Below are positions 1 through 10,612 of a stretch of DNA of 64,000 nt, piece by piece; the first letter of the stretch is position 1, and each line of letters starts with the position of its first letter. The position numbers and the translations under genes were made by a program. Location: NCBI GenBank assembly GCA_051942245.1, contig JAVECL010000038.1:1-64000 (forward strand). The letters are read 5' to 3'. The notes below the pieces were generated by a model. The model made no database searches, had not been told where the DNA came from, and saw only the letters and a program-made list of their open reading frames with translations. The DNA comes from Trypethelium eluteriae. Lineage: Eukaryota.

Positions 1-1190
1 ACCCCTCCCCTCCTGGCTCGACTCGCACGTCGCCCGCAAGAACCTCGCCCGGCGCAAGCACTCCTCCAAGCTCCTCGAAGACATCCCCGTCGACCCGGCC
101 TCTGTCTTCATCTCCGTCGTCGTGCCCGCCTACAACGAAGAGACTCGTCTCGCAGGCATGCTCGAGGAGGCAGTCGAATACCTCCAGGATGCGTACGGCG
201 ACGCGCACGGGCCGTCGGTCGAGGCGACGAAGCCTTCGACGTCGGCGACGCAGCGCCGTGGCGTGAATGGCAGCGGGAAAGGACAACAGCAGCATCAGCA
301 TCAGGACGGGTCGACTGGTATGAATGGCGCGGTGACGGCGGCGGAGACGACGAGGGCGCCCGGCCGCGGCTGGGAGATTCTGATCGTCTCGGATGGCAGC
401 ACCGATGCCACGCTCAACACTGCGCTGTCTTTTGCGCGATCTCATCAGCTGGAGCAGTATCCTTTCCCGACCGCGGTGCCTGGGCCCTGGAGGTCGGGCC
501 CAGCGAGCAAGAAGGCGACGCAGATTCCACATGGCTCGATCCGAGTGGTGTCGCTGGAGCAGAACCGCGGGAAGGGGGGCGCGGTTGTGCATGGGATGCG
601 CCACGTGCGAGGGGAGTATGTGGTGTTTGCGGATGCCGATGGGGCGAGCAAGTTTGAGGATTTGGGAAGGTTGGTGAAGGGGTGCAGGGAGGTGGAGGAT
701 GAGCGGGGGAGAGGAGTCGCGATCGGGTCGAGGGCACACTTGGTGGGAAGTGAGGCGGTGGTTAAGGTGAGATTCTTGTCTATTGATTACTCTTGGGGCG
801 AGGGCAGATTTGTTAGAGTATGTATGGCTAACATGATACGCTCAGCGTTCTGCGATCCGAAATTTCCTGATGCACTCTTTCCATCTCCTCCTCCGCCTCA
901 TGACGCCCCCAGCCACCTCACGCATTCGCGATACGCAATGTGGCTTCAAGTTGTTCTCCAGAGCTTCCTTACCCTTCATCGTACCATATATGCATTCAGA
1001 AGGTTGGATTTTCGATGTGGAGATGTTGATGCTTGCCGAGCTCGGCGGTATCCCAATGACCGAAGTCGCAATTGGATGGAAAGAGGTCCTGGGGAGTAAG
1101 TTAAACGTACTTTGGGATAGTCTTGGCATGGCATGGGGACTTGCGATTTTGCGACTTGCATGGGCGATGGGCGTTTATAGACGGAATTGA
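1..1190 (+). CDS. ALG5: Dolichyl-phosphate beta-glucosyltransferase (GT2), 5' end outside the window; intron 767-845
   Basis: Motifs VVVPAYNEE, EILIVSDGS, NRGKGGAV, FADADGA, DTQCGFKLF and GWIFDVEML. The GTGAGA...GCTAAC...CAG intron joins AVVK|RSAIRNFLMHSFH, merging ORFs 122-1099 and 870-1190. Frame is open back to position 2. Confidence 0.95.
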
Positions 1191-1896
1191 AAAAGTTTCA
1201 TTTTTGAATTGGTGGTCTTATCTGGTGTTTATGTAGTATTCTGAATGTCTAGGTTATTTGAGAAAAAATAACTAAGAGATGTGAGTGCTGTTGCGATTTG
1301 ACCTGCAATTGAGATCATGAAAATCGGGACCGATCTTGATAGCCCAGAATCCTTTCGTCTCTGGTGCTCGTCTTGGTTACATGGTGTCAGTTACACAGTT
1401 GGACCGCCTCCGAGTGACGTCCTAGATTCAATATAACTAGCAGAATCCACTCTTTCGTACAAAAATGCTATCAGAAATAAGATCGAAAGGTGGAGTTATT
1501 GGCTAACTTTCGACGAGGGGATCGTACATTGGCGCTTTCGTATTCAGCATCGGTAGGAGACTTCATCGGGTTGTTTAAATATCAAACTCGCACCGTATGT
1601 CCTTTTGAGAGCAAGTTTGCCGTCTGGCGATTAAGAACAGAGGAAGTAGATGATCTAAATGGGGCATAGTTCAATTTTTTGAGGCACTTCTCCTTTTTCT
1701 TGATGCTCATGCCATAGAAGAATGCCGATCTCTTGCTTACGAATAGTGATGAGCTGGGTGACTTGTCCAGGTAAGGAAAATGGGTCGCATGCGTCAATGC
1801 AGGTTGGATCGAAATCCGATGGTTTGGTAAGGAGCTGAATCCTGAAAAAACTTCCTAATCGCTGACCGCAACTTACTTCTTCGTGGACTCCCCTGC

Positions 1897-2895
1897 TTAG
1901 CTCTCGTTCAGCATTTCATGTACACCAGCGGCAAAGTTTTCACAGCTGGCAACAAACCCCCACGTTCGTGCCGCATTATACTCGATACATTCAGTTGCAT
2001 ACTGAGGAGAAGTTGTTCCACAGCCATCACTCAGCAGTATGCAATCATAGCCCTTGCTAAAGCTATCCGTAAGGGTACCGGAGACGCATTGATCCGTGTT
2101 GACACCGGTAAAAAGAAGGGTCCTGATGCCTTCACGATCAAGGTATTTTTGGCAATCCGTAGCCGCGCCCCACATGCCGCTCATTCGATTCTTGTGGATC
2201 CATACATCCGGTCGTTTGGACTTGAGACCCTGTTGATACGCTTCGTCAAGAGGTGGATATAGCGATGCGTTCCATGTATCTCTCATAAGAAGGCATCCGG
2301 CGTCCACCGTCTTACCAGAAGGAAGGGTTACATTGCCGCATTGTGAGCCTAGTCCCTTGTAGATGCGGCCATCTTTACCATTCTCAAGCATCTTGTGGCC
2401 ACCCTTGTGTCTTTTGTCACCGAACTTATCGACCCCAATTCCACTAGGATGCTCCTTGAAGTACTCTTCTCCGGCGATCAGGCTGTCATTGGAGTCAGCA
2501 TGGGCTTCAAAGCCAAACGCTCGTTTCACCGCTGGAGGCATTGTGGAAACGTCATTTTCTGTGAGGCCCCAGTTGAGCCATATGATTTGCACGCCAGCTT
2601 TCCTGGCCGCGGGTATGGCGTGTGTCAAGAGTGCATCGCATGCTGCATGACCGGCACCCCGAGTCCTGCCAAATGATTCGGAAAGGAAAAAGTTTTGCAT
2701 GTCAATGATCACTAAAGCTGTCTTTGCAGGGTCAACGGCGATTGGCGTCGTCGTCGCCGTAATGTTCAGTGAATGAGCCACTCTGGATGCCGAGGGAGAC
2801 GATGGATGTGTAAGATCAAATCCATTCTGGGTCGAATGCTGCCAGAAATTCTCCGTATTACCAATGACCGCGTGTCGATTCGCTCCGTCTGACAT
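1897..2895 (-). CDS. Isochorismatase-family cysteine hydrolase (RutB/nicotinamidase-like fold), intronless, about 332 aa
   Basis: ALVIIDMQNFF (Asp), HKNRMSG (Lys) and GVNTDQCV (Cys) give the catalytic triad. The ATG at 2895 (MSDGANRH) is preferred over the GTG start at 3003. Confidence 0.9.
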   Translation of the reverse strand: MSDGANRHAVIGNTENFWQHSTQNGFDLTHPSSPSASRVAHSLNITATTTPIAVDPAKTALVIIDMQNFFLSESFGRTRGAGHAACDALLTHAIPAARKAGVQIIWLNWGLTENDVSTMPPAVKRAFGFEAHADSNDSLIAGEEYFKEHPSGIGVDKFGDKRHKGGHKMLENGKDGRIYKGLGSQCGNVTLPSGKTVDAGCLLMRDTWNASLYPPLDEAYQQGLKSKRPDVWIHKNRMSGMWGAATDCQKYLDREGIRTLLFTGVNTDQCVSGTLTDSFSKGYDCILLSDGCGTTSPQYATECIEYNAARTWGFVASCENFAAGVHEMLNES

Positions 2896-5222
2896 ATTCG
2901 TAGTTAAGGGAGCGGTTACACAGACCGCAGAATGAACCTCTACTTTGATGACAACCTCGCCGCGCTTAGAGAGGCAACTCCGGTTCCAAAGGCTGTGGCC
3001 CACGAAGACCGGGAAAAGCCCAAAGGTCCTCCAAAATCAATGGCTATTTTGCGAATGACAGATGCTTTGGCACTGTGACACAGTGCAGGGTTCTGAACCA
3101 AAAAAACCTGCGGAGCTGCCCGAGATAATGCTGCTGCAGCAAAGATGGCACGATAATGAAGCAAGTGGCGGGGTGACTCCACTAGCGTTCACATCACAAA
3201 AAGCGATAGTCTGTAGCTTGGAGTCTGCCAACAAGACCTCGATGCAAGAAACCTCTTGGTATCACAATGCATTTGCCAGTAAGAATTACCGCTGTCATGA
3301 TCGCCTAATCCACTGCTGCCTGAAGAAGCACGTTCACAAAGTCTACCGGTTCTTGCTCGTGTGCCTGCGTCTCAACTAGCCCACGACCACGTTCATCCTG
3401 GAAGAGCATTCGGCACGTTGACCGAGGCCGCAGAGTCGAGCGCGAGAGTACAGTCATGAATAGAGCCACAGTCTGCATCCATCTACGAAATCATCCTCTG
3501 AACTTATCATAAGTAAGATCACCAACGATAATTGTCCTTTACGGGTATTCGTGGTTAGATGAAAGGAACAGATTTTCGGCTTGTCACACTTTTTGGTTGT
3601 AGAATTCGAAATATAGCCCACTTGAATGAATTGAAGGACTCCATAAGAATTTTAATCAAAAAGAAGTATTCCAAGTAGTTTTCATTGGAGCCAGGGGTGC
3701 AGTTGTCCTTGAACCCAAGGAAGTCTTGCAGCTGAGCATGTAGAACGTGCGGTAATTTCAAGCAAACGAGAATAGCATATCCGGGAGAAGTTCATATGAT
3801 ACGATTCTTGCACAGTAACACAGCGGTTCGCGCGTACCTAAATTCCATACCAAAGGAGATCCCCATCGCGAACGCAGAGAAAAAATGATTGGGTGGCCTT
3901 GCCGAATGCAGCTGGCTCCACGCTATTAACGTGAGCTGCCGATGGCTGTCTAGGGCGATTCGTTTCATTGGTTGACAAAGTTGAAATCGCAGTCATAGAA
4001 TGGAATGGCTTGAAACGAAGTCACCCGAAGGCTAGGTCTGAAAGCAGTACCCCGGAGGCGAGCGAAAGATGCTAATGGCCAAAGCCTCGGCATCAGGAAC
4101 ATTTCTCGACCAGGTAGTGCATCGGTAGGAAGATGCGTGATACTTATTTCTGAAAGTTCACTGAGCGAGACCCCGAAGTCTGTCGTACAGCACGGAGAGC
4201 CCCTTTACGTACTCAACGAGACTTCGGAATGTATGAGACGACTCCGGCAAGCACAAAGGTGAGAAAGGATCCGAGCTGAAAGTATTGGACTATGGAGACG
4301 GGCAAGCACACGCAAGGATCGACGTTGTGCTCGGCTTGTGCTTCAGTCTTCCCATCGGGCAAACAAGCTGCACAACAGAGGACGGCATTAGGAGAGTAAT
4401 ATGAGGACTGCTAGAGGAGCGGCTACTCCGATTCTGCAGAGATATGCTGCACTGACCAGTAGTATGACCTCTAAGCCTGCCGCAAACAGCCCCGATCAAG
4501 CCATTAGGCTCGAGGATCGCAACTGCTGTCCGGGAGGGAAGTCTGTCTTCGGTCACACCATAGGTCACCTGTCTTGTCGTGGTCAGAAAAGTCCAGACAG
4601 ATGATATCATCAGTGACCTCCTTTGGATGATGGAGGCGTCTTTGGGTCACCAAATCCATTTTCACTACTCTTGCTAGTTCATTTCCGAATGATTCTAAGC
4701 CGTCCAAATGTATCATTGCATGCCTCGTCCAAGTATGATAGGGACGATATGCAGGCATCCAGGAAACGGGAAGAAAAATATCTTCAGGGGCAGATCTACC
4801 TCTCAGCATGCCGAAGAGAGATGATCTCATTCACCGTCCGTCACAACCAGACGCATGTCGAGGGTCACCGAGATCTCCATATGTACTCTCCCGTAATCTG
4901 GTCTGATTTTTGTGTCTTCCTCTTAGTGCTAAGAGAGGTTGGCAGAGCCACAGTGCGCCAGATTTTCGTGCCTTTTCGATGAAGGCTAGCGTTCCAGGAT
5001 AATGTGTCAAGCACATCCACCTGCCAAAAAAAGTTTTCGAGTTCGGATTGCTCTCCAAGAGGTCAGTATACAACATGTTCCATGATGCAAGATACGAAAG
5101 CTGATTGGGTTCCATGCGACGGCAGATGCGCATGCGGGCTGTGAGGCACAGAAGATTCGAGCCCAATTCGACCGCGCTTGTATGTGTGGTGATCAGCCAA
5201 CAACATAGGAAACTAGCCTAGC

Positions 5223-5570
5223 ATGTCGAACAGCGGAGGCATCGACCGCATGTCAATCAAGTACATGACCGGGGATAGCGCTGGAAGGGAGGAACGTCAC
5301 GAATATACAGAAGAAGAAGAGTTTGCAATAATGTACTGGAAAATTGTGTTGGGGATGGAGTGGAGAACGATCACAAACCGAATGAACATCAGATACCCCC
5401 AGAAATCCCGGAGCGCCGGTGGTTTAAGCAGCAAGTATTATCGCATTCGAGAGAAATGGGGCCTAAGCGGAGCACGTGTTAGCGGCGAAGAGAAAAGCCC
5501 AGAAGATGTCTCAAAGGTCCTTGAGAGGGCACGGGAGTTCGATGATGAACTTATTAGGAGCCTCAATTGA
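5223..5570 (+). CDS. Small Myb/SANT-like helix-turn-helix protein (115 aa)
   Basis: YTEEEEFAIMYWK...MEWRTITNRMN...RSAGGLSSKYYRIR has Myb-like spacing of aromatic residues and helices. ATG start and coding-like composition. Confidence 0.6.
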   Translation: MSNSGGIDRMSIKYMTGDSAGREERHEYTEEEEFAIMYWKIVLGMEWRTITNRMNIRYPQKSRSAGGLSSKYYRIREKWGLSGARVSGEEKSPEDVSKVLERAREFDDELIRSLN

Positions 5571-5947
5571 TACAAGCGCTTGGTGTCGTACAGTGATGGG
5601 TTTCGATGGTATGTGTCTCCTGAGAAAAAGTAATTTGGAACACTCATGTCATCATTCGATGGTTCCAGAATTATTCTCGCTGAGTCTAACCGTCAACGCA
5701 GGAGAAATACACGCGACACAGAACTGTTTCCACGCCAGTAGAGATAGAAGGTGAACCTACCTAAAGCGCCAGCTCCTATCTATCTTGCCAGCGGTGGCAA
5801 TTCATCTTCGATTCTTCGCTAACGCTCACAGGCGTGTATGAAGAATATGCATTTTAGACGGGTTCGCAGTGTGTGGAGATAGATCCTGAGAGCCACCACG
5901 ACTCAGAGCCACAGATTTAGAGTAGACTGCTTCGCTAATTTGATTTT

Positions 5948-7335
5948 TCATTCATCAGAGCCACGCTCATGGGTCGCACGCCACTGTCGACCACCAATTT
6001 TCCATGGATGTCGCAGTTCATCATCATCGCTCCACGCGCCAGCTTCCGAGTCATACTCTTCTTCATCTGATGGATTATGACGGTATCTGTAAGCACCGAT
6101 ATCATATTCGTCATCATTGTCCACTTCTTCCTCTGGGTAGTCAGCACCGTAGTAATCCTCGGCTAGAAAGTCATTTAGCTCTACGCCGGATCAACCATAT
6201 TGACGACTCACCATTCTCGTCTTCTTCTTCACTATTCCAATCTTTATCGCTGTCCTGTACGTCATCAACGAGTTCATCCCACAGCGCTTGATCTTGTTCG
6301 TCGATAACGAGCACACCAAATGTCCCATTCCCTAACATTGCCCTGTCCACCTCGACTGAGGGCGGGTCAGTTCGATGCCTAATATACGTGTCATAAACAA
6401 AGTCGCTCTCCTCCGGACCATCAATGTCCATAAGCTCGTCCTCTACAGCCGGCTGTGCAACATCTGTATGACGGTCGCGGTGCCTTCTCGTTGGAATATT
6501 GGGTCCAAATCGGGATCTCGGTGTTGGTTGCGCGTTTTCTCGCCCAGAATCATTGTTCAGACCATCCTCATATTCTCTCTGCATTTCAGCAAAGATTTGG
6601 AGGACCGATGGATCAATCGTAGGCTTATCCTCTTTCACTGCTGCCCGACGGAGTGATAGCTGCTCACGTTTTGGTATACCGCGAAGTCCTGGTGTCTTCC
6701 AACGATGTTCATCCCGATCTTGGTCGCTAGAATTGCCCACTATCGGACCTCCCTGCACTCCTTGGGCTCTGCTAACATCATCCTGAAAAAGCTTCTGCTT
6801 GAGTAGAGAGCCAGGGTTGCGGCGCTCGGTAAACACTGGTGCCCTTGAGCGAGGCTGTTTATGAATTCTGTTGTCTTGCTGATGCCCACGTAGGATTTTG
6901 TCGGAATCTTTTCCGAATCTAGAGAAGTGAAAGCGTCGTGGAGGTACGCTCCTATTATTCTCCCCACTCGCCGAGATTCCGTTCCCGGTCTTCGAGGATC
7001 CCAGTGGTAGTACAGGACGGGTATCAAGACATGGGAGTCCTTCAGATATATCATTGTGAGGTGTCTCCGCTTTAGCCCCCTCTCGATTATCCTGGTGCAC
7101 CAATTTTTGGGATGTCTCATATCCAGTCTGCTGCTCAGGTTCTGGTTCTTGCAACAGTTTGAATGCGTATTCAGTAAAAGGTCGCTTTGCGTCATGACTG
7201 GTGTCAGAGCTGGTCTCAAAATCTAATAAATTTCAGCAAAGGAATATTCAAGGAGTGGGATAGCGAACAAAGAGTGTCCAAAGGCTCCTCGATTTTCTTG
7301 CGCTTTACACGAATAATTTGAGGTGGGACAGACAT
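5948..7335 (-). CDS. IWR1: RNA polymerase II nuclear import factor Iwr1; introns 7223-7268 and 6163-6211
   Basis: N-terminus MSVPPQIIRVKRKKIEEP, then FVYDTYIR and the acidic Iwr1 signature SEEEDEN|AEDYYGADYPEEE assembled across a GT-AG intron. Confidence 0.88.
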
Positions 7336-7601
7336 GGCAGCGATTGAACGTAGATAGGAAGAATTAAAGACCGTAATGCTCAGTTGTAAGAAAATAATTG
7401 TGCAAGCTCTGTACGACGCTGCTGATGTCGCGACGCAGAGTAAATGTTAAATAAATTATCACGAAGCACCCTGCCGGAGGGAGCTAATTAAACGCGGATG
7501 ACGTCGATTCGCACCGACTCCGCGACTCACATGCAAAACCACGAATGAGAAAATCAACACCATCCTCCACACATGAACAACCGCATCAACGCTACCCCAG
7601 A

Positions 7602-8888
7602 ATGGCGCTGCGTAAGCTCAATGGTTGCATTCTGCCGGCAACAGCCGATTTTCATGGTAGACACCCTCTAATATCGATAGTCCAGGCGGGCATACCTGAC
7701 TAGAGACGCAGTACATTTGAGAGATGGCGCAATGATGGATCTCGTTGTTCCAACCATCCGGCAAGGAGGTGTAAATACGTAAGGATCACATTTTGACACC
7801 GATTGATACCGAAATACACCTGACCAATGATCCAGTACATTTGTCATGGTAAGACCGGCTACATTCATCTACGTAGCGGCTTCGCTAGAAACAACTCCCA
7901 GCCGAATTTAGTGCCGCCTATAACAACCGTCCAGCATGCTTTAGAATACAGAAATAAGCTCGAAGCTCTCGAACCTCGCGTCAAATTCCTCATGTCACTC
8001 TATCTCCATGAGAGCATCACACCGGAGACGATCATCCAAGCCAAACAGCATGGAATCACAGGCGTGAAGAGCTATCCCGCTGGTGTCACCACGAATTCTT
8101 CTTCTGGCGTTGTAGACTACGCCCAATTCTATCCAGTATTTGAGGAAATGGAACGACAAGGGTTGATCTTGAATCTTCACGGCGAATCGCCGTCTACCGG
8201 AGACGTCACAGTCTTGAATGCAGAAGAGAGATTTCTCCCAAATCTACTCGAGCTGAATCAGAAATTTCCTCGCTTGCGTATAGTGCTAGAGTGAGGGTCC
8301 ACCAGATCTAAGCTTCGAGCGTAACTAATGCGCGTTAGACATTGCACAACCGCCGCAGCAATCGAGACTGTCAAGAAGTGCGGACCGACTGTAGTAGGAA
8401 CCATAACGGCACATCACTTGTCTCTCATTGTAGATTCATGGGCTGGTGACCCTTTCTGTTTCTGCAAACCTGTAGCAAAGACACCAGCTGACCGCGATGC
8501 CCTCCTAAGAGCTGCCGTCTCTGGAGATGCTAAATTCTTCTTTGGCTCAGACAGTGCACCACATCCCCTGACTGCAAAGCGCGGCGGGGATAAGGCAGCA
8601 GCAGGAGTATTTACTCAGCCATACGCCACACAGATAGTTCTCGATGCATTTGAGCAGGCTTGTGAGGCTGGTATACTCAAGCCAGAAGATGTCACTTTGG
8701 ATTCACTGGAAAGATTCTTGAGTCGTTCAGGACGGGAGTTCTATGGAATTGACGATGAACGAAAGGAACGAATTGCTATCTACAAATCCCACGAAATGAT
8801 TAGCAATACCCTGCGCTCCGAATCTTCCAACATCGAGGTTGTCCCCTTCAGAAGGGGGCAAGAAACATGGACTGTGACATGGGTGTGA
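7602..8888 (+). CDS. URA4: Dihydroorotase (homodimeric type), 4 introns, including a 13-nt exon at 7836-7848
   Basis: Spliced product gives ADFHVHLRDG, FVMPNLVPP, KSYPAGVTTNS, LNLHGE, LEHCTT, FCKPVAK and FGSDSAPH. Confidence 0.95.
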
Positions 8889-8946
8889 GTGACTCGAGCT
8901 TCGGTCTATACTTGAATAGGTCGGCGAATAATCAGCCCTCTCCTTA

Positions 8947-10387
8947 TCACTGATGCCTGGCCGAACAATTTTGATTCTGCTGGTGAGGCCACGGATCGTG
9001 CGGTTGTACACGCGGATCTTGCGATTGTCTATGTAGACCTTGCGTTTGAGACCACGGATTGTGCAGTGGTGTATACGGCTCTTGCCATCGAAGCCACGGA
9101 GAGAAGACTACGGTGTACGAATGTTGCGTTTGAGGGCACAGATAATACACTGGTACATGCTGATTCTGTGGTTGAGGCGGCTCATGCGGTAGTGTATGCG
9201 GACCTCGCGATTGAGACCATGGGACATGCGGTGATGCATACTGATCTTGCGGTTGAGGCCACGAATTGTTCGGTTGTGCATACGGATCCAGGATTTGAAG
9301 CCACGGATCATGCGATTGTGCAGAGCGATTCTTCAGGCGAGTCTTGCCGTTGCGGCCGTGGATTGTTCGGTTGTGCATGCGGATCCTGGGGTTGAAGCCA
9401 CGGATCTTGTGATTGTGCAGACGGATCTTCCGGTTGAGGCAACGAATAATATGGTTGCGAAGATGAATTGTGCGGTCTAGCGGATTGGTTATGCGATTGA
9501 GGAGCCATTTCGACAAGCGCGCGCTGATACGCATGATTTTCAATCGACTCACTTCCTTGGACTTTCGTCTCGCGATTTCCACCTTCAGCTCTGGCGTCTT
9601 CATCAGACTTCTGCGTGGTACCTGCTACGGAGTGATCTTGCGCGGCTATACCATAAACTGCCAGGTCCTCTGCCGAGATCGTGTGTGACGAAGCCGAAGA
9701 TTGATTAGGAGACTGTGAAGAACCCAAGCCTTGTAAGTCAGGGGGTTGGTCGACGAGTGCATCCACCGCCGCAATTCCTTCAAGCTCCCAAGGCAGTAGT
9801 GGAAGACGCTCAGCATGGAAACTATGCGCAGTGTTCGATCCCTGGCTAGTTCCAGTATTGTCGTGGACTACTTGTCGAGGCTGTGCAGTTCTCGAGTAAT
9901 AGCCCTCTGTCGGGGTTGAACTAGCTTCTGATCCGGCCAAATTGGTGGGCTTTGTGACCCAGTCCCGATATGAATCCGCCAATTTTGTCAAGGATTTCTG
10001 GGCTTCTGTGTGAATTGTCTCTTCTGGCAAGGAGACTGTTGTGGATGATGCTATTTCATCATGTGGCCGCTCAAGATCTGTGATAATTATTTGGACTTCT
10101 TCTTCTTCTTGCTGGCTCAAGGGAAATTTCCACCAAGAATCAGCTCTGAATCCAGTAAAATAACTACCGCATTCGGCTTTATGCTTAGCCTGTATAATTT
10201 TGCAACCTCCCGTTCTATAGCAATTGAAACAGACGAGACAAGCTGAGCTGCAGCTGTTGCAGCGCCCAGTGTACATAAGATCGCGCCTGGTGAACCGCTT
10301 GTCGCAGACGTTGCAAATGTGAAAGTGAGTGAGCGCGGACGATTGGATGCAGGTAGTTGTGCCGCGTTGATGAAATGGGGAATTCAT
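8947..10387 (-). pseudogene. Orphan gene with an N-terminal ZZ-like zinc finger and C-terminal Q/P/H-rich heptad repeats, frameshifted at about 9322-9334 (pseudogene, truncated allele or assembly error)
   Basis: CNVC-x14-CNSC-x6-CFNC...H in ORF 9308-10477. The heptad peptide repeat continues in a different frame (ORF 8947-9603) after a 13-nt broken unit. Confidence 0.55.
8965..9502 (-). repeat. Degenerate coding minisatellite, about 25 x 21 bp with 42-bp higher-order periodicity
   Basis: Minus-strand units such as gcacaatcacaagatccgtgg, cttcaaccccaggatccgcat, gcacaaccgaacaatccacgg, gcacaatcgcatgatccgtgg and gtacaaccgcacgatccgtgg. Confidence 0.9.
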
Positions 10388-10612
10388 AGAGAAGAGAGAC
10401 CTGTAGTTCCCGCTTGAATGGGTATCTGATAAATAATGCCAGTTCGAGTAAGGTAATGATCTGTAGTTGAAGCACAAGGTAGGATAAGTCCTTTGGAAAT
10501 CATGGGTGCATCCTCGACCTCACTACTTCCTTCCCTCGTACCATGCTCTGCCACTCCCAGCTCATCATTAAGATTCACGGTGAAAGGTTCACAGACTCGC
10601 ACCTTCCCACTA

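Noticed and set aside
3830..3843. 14-mer GCGCGTACCTAAAT repeated at about 27093
   Set aside because: A few exact 14-mer matches are expected by chance in 64 kb, and the flanks do not extend.
8965..9502. Periodic array considered as CRISPR-like
   Set aside because: Contiguous degenerate 21-bp coding units with no unique spacers, in a eukaryotic context with no cas genes.
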